Part shown: piece by piece, positions 55,350 through 64,000 of the stretch
Position numbering within the stretch: the first letter of the stretch is position 1
Layout: each line of letters starts with the position of its first letter
Virus record (IMG/VR): IMGVR_UViG_3300009031_000221
Location: 128,001 to 192,000 of that record
Direction: 5' to 3' (one strand)
Origin: a virus
Lineage: Duplodnaviria; Caudoviricetes
Length of the DNA stretch: 64,000 bases
Notes under the pieces: generated by a model
Told to the model about the DNA's origin: nothing
The model's input: the letters and a program-made list of their open reading frames with translations, nothing else
Database searches by the model: none
Position numbers and translations under genes: made by a program

Positions 55350-57686
55350 TTACGCAGATTTCGGAGTTTGCGATCCACCCCATCCCAGTAAACGATCCCG
55401 AAACATTGTGTTCCGCAAGTCTTCCGTATCATTTAGGACTGCTACCCCTAAGGCACTGTGCGTCCCGATAAGAATAACCTTTCGTTTCGCCCGGGTAACT
55501 GCCGTGTAGAGAAGGTTCCGCTGCAATTGATGCCGAAATCCATCCACAACAGGCATTACAATAACGTCATATTCCAATCCCTGGGCCTTGTGGACTGTGC
55601 AAGCGTATGCCAATCGAATAGTTGCCCCTACATTCTTGAATGGAATATACACAAGGGTATCCCCATCCCCGAAGATTTTGACCTCTACTTCCTTAGCCTT
55701 GCGATCAATTCGGTTGACCTTGCCAATATCCCCGTTGAATACCTTCAATGTGTAATCATTCTTGACTACCATAATCCGGTCATCCTCACGGATAGTACTG
55801 TCCCCAACCTTCATTTCCTGTGCCCCCCGTCCAGCAGGATTCAACAAATCCCTAAGCCGGGCATTGAGAGCGGTCACACCAACAGGCCCCCCATGACGTG
55901 GGGACAGAATCTGAAAGTTGGTACGCTTTTCATAGAGTTTCGTGGCCAGTTGGACAATAGCATCCGCTACCTTTTCTTCGCCCTGGATTTGAATCAATCG
56001 AAAATCTGGGGATGTCGTATCCGGAATTTCCCCTCGGTGAATGGAGTGCGCCGCATAAACAATGCCCGAGGTATCCTTCTGCCGAAAGATCTCTGTCAAG
56101 CTAACTACAGGGAATCGGTTGGAACCAATGAGATCCCGTAACACGTTGCCTGCTCCTACAGAAGGCAACTGTGCAGCATCCCCAACAAACACCATCCGAC
56201 AATCAGGTCTCGTACATGCCATGAGGCGGTAAATGAGGTGCTGATCCAACATGGAGGCTTCATCCACTACAACAACATCTGCGGGATAAAAGTTGCTAGG
56301 CGCCCCATAACCCCAATCCTCATCCCCCTCAGACCCGTTCGTAATCCCGTCTGAATCGCCTACAATGCCCGCATAAGTGCTTTCCCGTTTACTATCGGAA
56401 GAACCCTTCGCCGAGAATGCCCGATGGATTGTATAGGCACTAGCTCCAGTCCGGGCACCCAGGTTCTTTGCCGCAATCCCCGTAGGCGCACACAGTAGAA
56501 ATGGAACCCCCATATCCTTGAGGATGGATACCACCGCCAACATGCACGTCGTCTTTCCCGTCCCAGGCAATCCCGTAATGATGGATACAGGAGTTGCCAG
56601 GGCATTGATAACACCCTGCCGTTGGGCCTTGGATAATGCCAAATGGGCTGAACTCCCCCATTCATCTACAGCAGTTTCAACAACCCGAATTAGTTTCGCC
56701 CGTTTCTTCTTGGAAGCCTTCTCAGTGGCAACCCCTACATTAGCCAATCGTTTCATGTAATCAGGTTCATCTCCGAATACAGCGGTTTGCATCCGGGTTT
56801 CCATGAATTCCGATGATTCCTTTTCCATCCTCCATGCCCAGGGATCATAGATTCCCTTGAACCCAGGACGAGTATCCCGATCAATAACCAGAATCTTGTC
56901 CCGATGGCATTCAGCAAGTGCCTTGGCAAATGCATCATTCGTAACCTCAGGCACAAGCATTTGTACTTCGGCATGCATCTGTCCGGTGGTCATGTACAAA
57001 TGCCCAAAGGACTTCTGATTCTTGCAAGCGTGAATGACGGCACCCTTGAGCCGCAATGGACTTGTCGGATCCAAACCTAATCGTCTAGCAATCTCATCCG
57101 CATGCTGGAATGTGATTCCATCTACACGCACCAATTCCCAAGGATTTGTACTGAGGATCTTTTCAGCGTCATCCCCAAACAATGTCCACACTTGCTTGAC
57201 CTTACCGGAAGCCAACCCCAAATCATTGAGGAACCCCAAGGCCTTGAAGTATGCCTGAACGACTTGCCACCGCTGCGTAATGTGCATCGCTACAAAGGAT
57301 GTCACCCCAGGAGCTTCCTCTAGCCGCTTCTGGTCGCTCAGGGCATTGATGAATTCGGATTCGCCAAAGTGCGCCCGTACCTGCTGAATAACCCGTTCAC
57401 CAACACCATTTGAACACAGTGCCCGCTCTGCGGATGCCGGATCCCACGAGGTCTTGATGACAGGCGCACGGGAAATCGCCAACTGAGGCCCGTATTCTTT
57501 ATGGTTTGACCAAGTAGCATCAAACCCAAACCAAGATCCTACCTTGATCGCCATGCCCGGAATGTTGCCCCGAACGGCTACGGATTCCGCAGACCCCGTA
57601 TCATCCAGAACCATTCGCAATATGTAGAATGCCTGTGCAGGGTTATCATAAATGATTGAATGGACACGACCAGAGAAATAACTCAC
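55350..57686 (-). CDS. recD2: RecD2-like SF1B helicase
   Basis: HhH N-region, GLPGTGKTT, CAPTG.AA, VDEASM, GDAAQLPSVGAG, YACTVHKAQGLEY, LYTAVTRA. Confidence 0.93.
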   Translation of the reverse strand: MSYFSGRVHSIIYDNPAQAFYILRMVLDDTGSAESVAVRGNIPGMAIKVGSWFGFDATWSNHKEYGPQLAISRAPVIKTSWDPASAERALCSNGVGERVIQQVRAHFGESEFINALSDQKRLEEAPGVTSFVAMHITQRWQVVQAYFKALGFLNDLGLASGKVKQVWTLFGDDAEKILSTNPWELVRVDGITFQHADEIARRLGLDPTSPLRLKGAVIHACKNQKSFGHLYMTTGQMHAEVQMLVPEVTNDAFAKALAECHRDKILVIDRDTRPGFKGIYDPWAWRMEKESSEFMETRMQTAVFGDEPDYMKRLANVGVATEKASKKKRAKLIRVVETAVDEWGSSAHLALSKAQRQGVINALATPVSIITGLPGTGKTTCMLAVVSILKDMGVPFLLCAPTGIAAKNLGARTGASAYTIHRAFSAKGSSDSKRESTYAGIVGDSDGITNGSEGDEDWGYGAPSNFYPADVVVVDEASMLDQHLIYRLMACTRPDCRMVFVGDAAQLPSVGAGNVLRDLIGSNRFPVVSLTEIFRQKDTSGIVYAAHSIHRGEIPDTTSPDFRLIQIQGEEKVADAIVQLATKLYEKRTNFQILSPRHGGPVGVTALNARLRDLLNPAGRGAQEMKVGDSTIREDDRIMVVKNDYTLKVFNGDIGKVNRIDRKAKEVEVKIFGDGDTLVYIPFKNVGATIRLAYACTVHKAQGLEYDVIVMPVVDGFRHQLQRNLLYTAVTRAKRKVILIGTHSALGVAVLNDTEDLRNTMFRDRLLGWGGSQTPKSA

Positions 57687-57687
57687 T

Positions 57688-58194
57688 TCAGGCTCCCTTC
57701 TTCAAATGGTCTTGCAAGTTCGCCAGCAAATCCCGCAAATCCCTTGCCTGAGCCCCAAGTGTTTCAACCTGATCCGGCGTAATTGAACCTAGAGAATCTC
57801 GCATAGCTTCTACATCAAATACGGACGCGGCAGCTACCCGTGCCTGATGGCCATCCAACAGGTTGAAAGGGATCATGACTCGCTTACCATCCAATTGTTC
57901 TACCCACCACTGCCCATCCGTTTGGCCTAGCCAACCACGGGCTGTCACGTTCAACAATCGATCAGGATTTTCATGATGCCCAGCTGGGCAAGGGTTTGGT
58001 TGCCACATGCAGCAACCACCTCCCCACTTCGATGAATCAATAGGAATTGGGGGCAAATAATGAACAGCTAGATGAATGTCTTCGCCAATCATCGGACGGA
58101 GCATTTCATCTACGAAATCGCCCCTATCCGTCTGAAGCTTTCCATCCGACTCGTAGAAAAGCCCTTCCATCAAAATAGTGTGAAACGCGCCCAT
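57688..58194 (-). CDS. Hypothetical protein
   Basis: GGAGG SD; CC...C..H motif. Confidence 0.6.
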   Translation of the reverse strand: MGAFHTILMEGLFYESDGKLQTDRGDFVDEMLRPMIGEDIHLAVHYLPPIPIDSSKWGGGCCMWQPNPCPAGHHENPDRLLNVTARGWLGQTDGQWWVEQLDGKRVMIPFNLLDGHQARVAAASVFDVEAMRDSLGSITPDQVETLGAQARDLRDLLANLQDHLKKGA

Positions 58195-58242
58195 GGTACC
58201 TCCGCAATTGAAGTACCCTATTTGAGGGCTAAATGAGGCGAG

Positions 58243-61200
58243 TTATTTGGGAATGGGCAACATGCACTTATCGCCCTCACAGAACTTGTCATCTGTATCG
58301 TGGGCATTTTCATGGAATACTAACGGGGATATGCGGGCTGCCATTGCCTCGTACTGATCTTTCGTAATCGTCTGGTACGGGGGGCATACGTAGCCGTGGT
58401 CCTCTTCCAACAAGGGCAACATGGAAATGCCCTTCAAGCGCGTCTCGAATGATTCCAAGCAAGCCTTGATATCGCCGACCTCAGCCTTGTTGAATGTCAC
58501 CGTGGCGGATACCAAGTTGTCAGACCAATGTGCCTGCATGTCAGCGGAATTGACAAACTGCTCCCAAATGGAAACCTCTGCCTTGCCCTTGACGAAGTAA
58601 GGTTCCTTGATAGGAAATGCCACAACCGAAGTCTGATCCGCATAGACATCCGGGAACACGTCGTAACCTGCATCCCTTGCGGCCTGACACAACGGGCTCT
58701 GGTTCGATACCCGAATGTGCCGAATGTAGTATTCGCTATGTGGATAGTGGATACCAGGGGTCGCTCCGCACAACAACGACACCGTGCCCGAAGGCTTCAC
58801 AGTGGTCGTCTTGATGGACAACGGAATTCCCAACCAATCGGAATACGTGCGATCCAGTTTCTGTACATAGCCGTAGCCGTTGTCACACCACTTGAGGAAT
58901 TCACGCCGACCGAACTTCTGCATCGCCTGAACAATGCCGCTCATTGAAGCGCCAATGCGCCTATTTCGCGTCATCACGGCATTTGCCCGTACGTCATGCG
59001 TCGGAATCAAAGTGACCGTCTTGGCGTAAAGGTACGCCATCTTCAACGTACGCTCGAAGTCCTCGTAGGAATCATGGTGCGCCGGATAGGTTTCTACCAA
59101 GTTGCACTGGTAGGTCAAAACGTTTCCAAACACCGCCATGTGGTTATCAGGTTCATCAAAACAGTAAGTGGTATGCAATCCAGGCAGTTTAACCACACTG
59201 ACAATCTTTTGCTTTCGGGCACGGTCAATGCACATCCCTTCCGGGTGTGCATTGTTATTCGCCGTCCGACCCCCAAACCGTGAAGCCTTCTTGATCCGTG
59301 TAGGAATGATGGAACTTTCAAAACTGGGGATCTGGCAATACCACATGTCGTAATTGCGAATCCCCAAATTGGTTTCATCCCCAGCATTCGCAAATTTGCG
59401 AATCGTGGCGTGATTGATGCCTACACGACGCAACAGGATTTGCAGATCCCGCATCTTCGGTTCCGTCCCGTAGATACGATAGCCTTCCGTTGAAGTATCT
59501 TTATTTACGATAGTGCCGTCCGTTTCAATCCAACCCGCCACGAATTCCAGAATACTAGCCCGATCAAAACCAAACACCCGTGAAGTCAATCCATTGGATT
59601 TGTCATTCAATGACACGGCTTCATCAATATCCAAAAGATCATGCAGGGACAAACGATTTACGGGATCCGTATAGCCTTCAAGAAATTGTGGTTTCATCCA
59701 CAAACCTTGGACATCGAGATCTTGCAACTTGATTTTGTCCCCACACACCAACACGCGGGGATAGGCGTAATCCCCTCCCGACAGGTTAGGTCGATCAATG
59801 TAGCCGTCGCCGACGAACAACCCAATCTCAAATGCCAAAGGATCGTGTACACCAACAATCGATTTGTCCATATCAAACCCGATAACTTGGGCACCCAAGG
59901 TCAAATCCATGGTGTCAACCCGACGAAAAATACGTTTCCCGTCAGGCTTCACATGCCAACCATGATTGGACGTGCAATCCAGGTAAGATCCATCGGTAAG
60001 GGTTACCCTGAAAAGTTCCCGGTTTTCCCCAGTGATACGAGGTTGAACATTAGACCAACAATCGCCATTCCATACTTCCACGAACTTCCCGACTAGATCT
60101 CCGATTTTTGCCACATCATCTTTCAACTGAATATAAGTATCCGAGCTTACACACAACTCAAATGACTCCAGCCCTTGTTCCCCACAAGGATTCGTTCCCG
60201 CAATACGCCAGTCCTTGTTGTCCGGAAGATCATTCATCCGACCAAACTTCCGGGCATTGTCCAACCAAACAACTCCAGGCTCCCCATTGACGGAAATCGA
60301 ACGGGACAATTCCGTATAATCCATGCCAATATAGCCAAACACCGAGTTGTTGGAAGCCCAACGACGGTCAGCCAAAGCTGCTTCATCTTGCTTGAGGTTC
60401 ATGAATGAAACATCATCCACTTCCCCAAACATGATCTCCGCCGTCCGACGAATTCCGCCAGCAACCACGGCTTTGCCAATGTAATTGAAGATGTCCACAA
60501 TCTGCGTTGATAGAATACGGTAGGAAACATCTTCCACAGGGCGTTGGATGAAAGCATTCGCCAAACCAATAGTCGCCCAATCATCCGTTGTGCGGGCATC
60601 AAATTCAACACTTGCCGTATTGGGCAACAACAAGTGCGTGAGGTTGACAACCAAATCATGCAAGGGCTTCGGCCCAGATGCCGTTCCTCCAAATGTCTTG
60701 AGGGGTTCCCCACGACCACGAACCTTCGAATAGTCAACGGTCAAAGGATAGGCGCCCTTTCCCACGAATGAATTCAGGACGGTACGAATCAATTCCACCC
60801 ATCCTTCCCGCGTGTCATCCACAACAAAGGGTTCCGCCGTGGTCTTGGGGATGATCAACTTGACCTTGCCAGCCCCTCGAGTATCCCCACCAACGCCGAC
60901 ACCCAACATGGACATATCCATGAGGAACGTGAAAGGCCCCGCGAAATCATCCGCAATATTGTCCGACGAAACAAATGCGCAATTCTGAAGGGACGCAGAT
61001 CCCCGCTGATATACAACGTCCGTTCCCATTACCGCCAATCCACGACCGGGAGGCGTGAACTTAAATTCCCACATGCGACGAAACATATCCTGTGCCGAAT
61101 GCTGTGCCTTCGAATCATTCCAGGGTAGCCCCATTTGATGGCAATGGATCTTCTGGATGTTGAAACACCCCTCGACCACACGTTGACACGTCTGCCAAAA

Positions 61201-61365
61201 CTCCTCGTTCCCACCATCTGGAAGGGCACGGGCATACGTACGAACATAGGTGAATTTCCCTAGTGGTCCCCACTTTGGCTCAAGGCCTCGGAATTCATCT
61301 ACAAATCCCGAACTCAAAGAAAACTGACGAACCTTGCGGCCTTCTACGGAGTGATTGAATATCAT
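58243..61365 (-). CDS. nrdJ: Class II (B12-dependent) ribonucleoside-triphosphate reductase, intein-containing
   Basis: PPGRG, QNCAF, VAGGIRR, NPCGEQ..ESFEL/CNL, TTVKPSGTVS, C-terminal CxxxxC. Confidence 0.92.
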   Translation of the reverse strand: MIFNHSVEGRKVRQFSLSSGFVDEFRGLEPKWGPLGKFTYVRTYARALPDGGNEEFWQTCQRVVEGCFNIQKIHCHQMGLPWNDSKAQHSAQDMFRRMWEFKFTPPGRGLAVMGTDVVYQRGSASLQNCAFVSSDNIADDFAGPFTFLMDMSMLGVGVGGDTRGAGKVKLIIPKTTAEPFVVDDTREGWVELIRTVLNSFVGKGAYPLTVDYSKVRGRGEPLKTFGGTASGPKPLHDLVVNLTHLLLPNTASVEFDARTTDDWATIGLANAFIQRPVEDVSYRILSTQIVDIFNYIGKAVVAGGIRRTAEIMFGEVDDVSFMNLKQDEAALADRRWASNNSVFGYIGMDYTELSRSISVNGEPGVVWLDNARKFGRMNDLPDNKDWRIAGTNPCGEQGLESFELCVSSDTYIQLKDDVAKIGDLVGKFVEVWNGDCWSNVQPRITGENRELFRVTLTDGSYLDCTSNHGWHVKPDGKRIFRRVDTMDLTLGAQVIGFDMDKSIVGVHDPLAFEIGLFVGDGYIDRPNLSGGDYAYPRVLVCGDKIKLQDLDVQGLWMKPQFLEGYTDPVNRLSLHDLLDIDEAVSLNDKSNGLTSRVFGFDRASILEFVAGWIETDGTIVNKDTSTEGYRIYGTEPKMRDLQILLRRVGINHATIRKFANAGDETNLGIRNYDMWYCQIPSFESSIIPTRIKKASRFGGRTANNNAHPEGMCIDRARKQKIVSVVKLPGLHTTYCFDEPDNHMAVFGNVLTYQCNLVETYPAHHDSYEDFERTLKMAYLYAKTVTLIPTHDVRANAVMTRNRRIGASMSGIVQAMQKFGRREFLKWCDNGYGYVQKLDRTYSDWLGIPLSIKTTTVKPSGTVSLLCGATPGIHYPHSEYYIRHIRVSNQSPLCQAARDAGYDVFPDVYADQTSVVAFPIKEPYFVKGKAEVSIWEQFVNSADMQAHWSDNLVSATVTFNKAEVGDIKACLESFETRLKGISMLPLLEEDHGYVCPPYQTITKDQYEAMAARISPLVFHENAHDTDDKFCEGDKCMLPIPK
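59107..60153 (-). mobile_element. Intein (349 aa) with LAGLIDADG endonuclease, C-terminal Gln
   Basis: Begins CVSSDT and ends TYCF.EP.NH..VFGNVLTYQ|C; GLFVGDG and AGWIETDG; removal restores ESFELCNL. Confidence 0.9.
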
Positions 61366-61425
61366 TGAAAAAACCTCTTTCCTACTGTTTGTTGAAATTG
61401 TCTATGGGGGGTGCGTATCAAAAGC

Positions 61426-62445
61426 CTACCGACACAATTCAAGCAACCGGGCAACTAATCCGGTCCAAGGGTCGATATGGCCATTCAGAACACCGCGTCG
61501 AGATTCCGCAATCACCCGAATCAAATTTATTACATCATCGGGCTTCCATGCACGTACTTCGGGCAACAATGTTTTCTGGCAGAACCAAGGATTCATCCCC
61601 AACTGATTTGCAATATTCTCGGGAGATATCCCTTGGTCTATCAATACAGATAGATGAAGCCACCCTACGGAAGGTTTTTCGCTCTTACCATCGGCCTTGC
61701 GACCTAGGGCGATGGATTCCATGTATCCGCAAAGGCCCATAATCGGATCCTTCACAGATTGATTCACACGGTCTAATGCGGAAGCCATACGCCGACGATT
61801 CCGTGATACCAACGCATCCTTGACACTATCGAAGGACACGTCCCCAATAGCGGACATCACATCCCGCAGTTCCTCTACTCGGATCGCATCCACCCCTCGA
61901 GCATCTGCCAACATGGCAAACTTCTGAATCTCGAAGGCTAGAAACCCATAATCCGTACCACAGCGCTTCACAAGCGTCTGTGCAATATTCTCCGCCATGG
62001 TCTTCTTCAACCGAAGAGCTTCCTGAATGCAGAATTCAGTTGCCATCTTCGGCAGTTCCCACTTCTTGTCCGGGAAGGGATAACCTTTGTGCGCCTTTGG
62101 ACCCAAGCTACCGACAAACTTGCCGAACTTGGTATTCATCTTGGGGTCGTTCTGGATGTCCAGCAACAGCATCACATTGGAAGTCTTGTCATCCCGATGT
62201 TGCTCTAGCATTGCCAAATCCGTTTTCTCGGGATTACGGATTACTACTAGCAAGGGGGTGTCATCAGCAAACATCCCCCCGCCTTGAGTCAAAGCTGCCT
62301 GAACTCCTGTTACATCGTCACCATCCACAGTTTGGATGCGCCAACCATTTTGACGTTGAACATCAATGGTTGAAGCCACCTGACGACGTTGCAAGAATTC
62401 CATTGCCCCGGAAATGGCAAATATGCGGGGCATACTAGCAGCCAT
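61426..62445 (-). CDS. Clamp loader delta-like subunit (HolA-like)
   Basis: GMFAD..LLVVI, LVKRCGTDYGFLAFEIQK, SFD..DAL. Confidence 0.75.
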   Translation of the reverse strand: MAASMPRIFAISGAMEFLQRRQVASTIDVQRQNGWRIQTVDGDDVTGVQAALTQGGGMFADDTPLLVVIRNPEKTDLAMLEQHRDDKTSNVMLLLDIQNDPKMNTKFGKFVGSLGPKAHKGYPFPDKKWELPKMATEFCIQEALRLKKTMAENIAQTLVKRCGTDYGFLAFEIQKFAMLADARGVDAIRVEELRDVMSAIGDVSFDSVKDALVSRNRRRMASALDRVNQSVKDPIMGLCGYMESIALGRKADGKSEKPSVGWLHLSVLIDQGISPENIANQLGMNPWFCQKTLLPEVRAWKPDDVINLIRVIAESRRGVLNGHIDPWTGLVARLLELCR

Positions 62446-63053
62446 TAATCCCCCACCAAAGCTACAATGATCTCAGCCATAAAGGGATTCTTCCACAAGG
62501 AAACCTTCCGAAGGCGCTCCCACAAAGCCCGATGATCAGGATTATCAATCGTTGTAGCCAATACTTCTGCCAACGATCCCAATAGCTGAACCTCACGCTT
62601 CTCAAATGCCCGGGCGGTATCTACGATGGTCATGTAGTCCCGCTTTCCCACTGCATCCACAATCTTGAAACTTCCTGCCATCAGGGTTTCATCATCGTCT
62701 ACACCCAAGGCATTGACCCAACGATCCATGCAACGAGACCGAATGGTCATTGTTACCCCGCCTAGATCATTCGCCCACATAATGGGTTGCAAATAATCCC
62801 CACGGAATTCCTCGATAGATTTGAGGAGCACGTCGGATGCCTTGGGGTTGGCCTCATCCATAGGCCCAATGATAATCACCCCCATGAGATCTCCCACGGG
62901 AACCGACATCATCAAGTCCACTATGTGCCTAGCATCATCAACCTTTAGCCCGTCATCCCCAATAGGAGGAGACACAAGTCGCCCTAAGCGAGCAGCCTCA
63001 TCAATAGCTGCTCGCTTAGCTCCGGGTCCATGAAATAGTACACAGGATGACAA
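62445..63053 (-). CDS. Clamp loader delta'-like subunit (HolB-like)
   Basis: LFHGPG, KVDDAR, D.ANP.ASDVLLKSIEE, TIRSRC; TTG start after GGAGG. Confidence 0.78.
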   Translation of the reverse strand: MSSCVLFHGPGAKRAAIDEAARLGRLVSPPIGDDGLKVDDARHIVDLMMSVPVGDLMGVIIIGPMDEANPKASDVLLKSIEEFRGDYLQPIMWANDLGGVTMTIRSRCMDRWVNALGVDDDETLMAGSFKIVDAVGKRDYMTIVDTARAFEKREVQLLGSLAEVLATTIDNPDHRALWERLRKVSLWKNPFMAEIIVALVGD

Positions 63054-63103
63054 TTGGAACCTCCACAATAGCAAATACCCAAAGCCAGGGATTACCCAGC
63101 CTA

Positions 63104-63319
63104 TTAGGTATTGATGTGGAATGTCCCCTTGCACGTCAGGCAGCGATACCGGACAGCCTTCCCTCCTCCAGTAGGAATGAAGGATCCATCTGAAGAAGAC
63201 GCATTAGCGTTCCTTTCAAATACTACCTCACATTGATTGCCTTCACATTCTTGACCCGAGTCTCCATGACGGGCACGGCACTTAATCCAAACAACTTTCT
63301 TCTGTGGTTGGTCGCTCAT
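63104..63319 (-). CDS. Small Zn-ribbon protein
   Basis: C...C...C...CLTC; GGAGG SD. Confidence 0.6.
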   Translation of the reverse strand: MSDQPQKKVVWIKCRARHGDSGQECEGNQCEVVFERNANASSSDGSFIPTGGGKAVRYRCLTCKGTFHINT

Positions 63320-63340
63320 AGATCCTCCAATTAGCAGGCA

Positions 63341-63829
63341 TCAGCCTTTCGTAATTCTACCCGTAGGAACGTAACCCTGATCCTCTAGCAACATCCCAAT
63401 CGCTACTGTTAGCTTTCCTATTAGGCTGTCGTAATCCCCGTACCCAATACTTGCTACGTTTCCTTGTAGCCTAAGATTGTCCCGTAATGTAGTTTGGATC
63501 TCCACTCCCAGGTCGTAACATTTTCCTGTTAGCTGATTTGGTACCGATCCCGATCCTATTACATAGGGTGCTCTCCCAGGATCTGTCACAGTTAGTATTG
63601 GTATGATTACCCATTGCCAAATGTTCCACTGTATCTTGAATGGGAAATATACCTGATCCCCATCTCTCAATGGTTTCCCAGTAGCCAAACTCACAACCAC
63701 CCATTCTGAAGGTGCTGCTCTTGTTGTCCCAGGAAAATCTGGTATTGCCCGTCTCGCTAATAGGTAAAGACACCCAATAGCCAAATGCTTCGCTTCTTGT
63801 ACAGGATTTCCCATGGTATACCTCATCAA
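63341..63829 (-). CDS. Hypothetical protein
   Basis: Best-fitting frame ending just upstream of 63319; start uncertain. Confidence 0.5.
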   Translation of the reverse strand: MMRYTMGNPVQEAKHLAIGCLYLLARRAIPDFPGTTRAAPSEWVVVSLATGKPLRDGDQVYFPFKIQWNIWQWVIIPILTVTDPGRAPYVIGSGSVPNQLTGKCYDLGVEIQTTLRDNLRLQGNVASIGYGDYDSLIGKLTVAIGMLLEDQGYVPTGRITKG

Positions 63830-64000
63830 GGAAGTACCATAAGGATTCCACCATCAAAAAGGCATAGCTCGGCTAAGGCCTAGAGGCCAGAATGGATCGG
63901 ATTTTCGCTTAATTCGATGGTGGCTATAATGATGATGACGTAGATAATGAGGATAATGAACAGTAGAAGGATAATGAACAGTGTTTGTATTTGAATCATG

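Noticed and set aside
63860-64000. Short hydrophobic or His-rich ORF and GATAATGAACAG repeat at the window end
   Set aside because: Two frames are plausible and the region is truncated, so it cannot be called.
1-64000. Stop-codon reassignment, tRNA or rRNA genes
   Set aside because: Conserved genes are intact under the standard code and end in TAA, TAG or TGA; intergenic gaps are short, and no cloverleaf or rRNA signature was seen by eye (tRNAscan not run).

Overview
A 64-kb segment of a large tailed dsDNA phage (jumbo-type Caudoviricetes, HK97-fold head; host not determinable), read in the standard code and almost entirely on the - strand. About 1-33.7 kb is a head-morphogenesis and virion region. 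It holds the large terminase, portal, prohead protease, an acidic scaffold with EF-hands, a decoration protein plus at least 3 tandem paralogues, the major capsid protein and many unknown virion proteins. It also holds a 1798-aa polyprotein fusing a 2H phosphoesterase, a CCA/poly(A)-type nucleotidyltransferase and topoisomerase IB. About 33.8-64 kb holds transcription regulators (tandem sigma-region-4 HTH protein, NusG paralogue) and a bacterial-type sliding clamp and clamp loader. It also holds recombination genes (RecA, RecD2, RuvC-like, Mre11, split Rad50, SSB), a class II ribonucleotide reductase with a Gln-ended intein, and an RNA end-repair/anti-defence-like cluster (PNKP, Tpt1/KptA, MBL hydrolase, ASCH, ATP-grasp). 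Three free-standing homing endonucleases and three promoter classes are visible by eye. The most striking signals are the enzyme polyprotein with motif-marked domain junctions, and a near-identical copy of the scaffold C-terminal peptide (WESAPDVSK[IV]FNG) inside an unrelated protein. Together they suggest a capsid cargo-loading and processing system. All family assignments come from motif recognition; no database searches were run.
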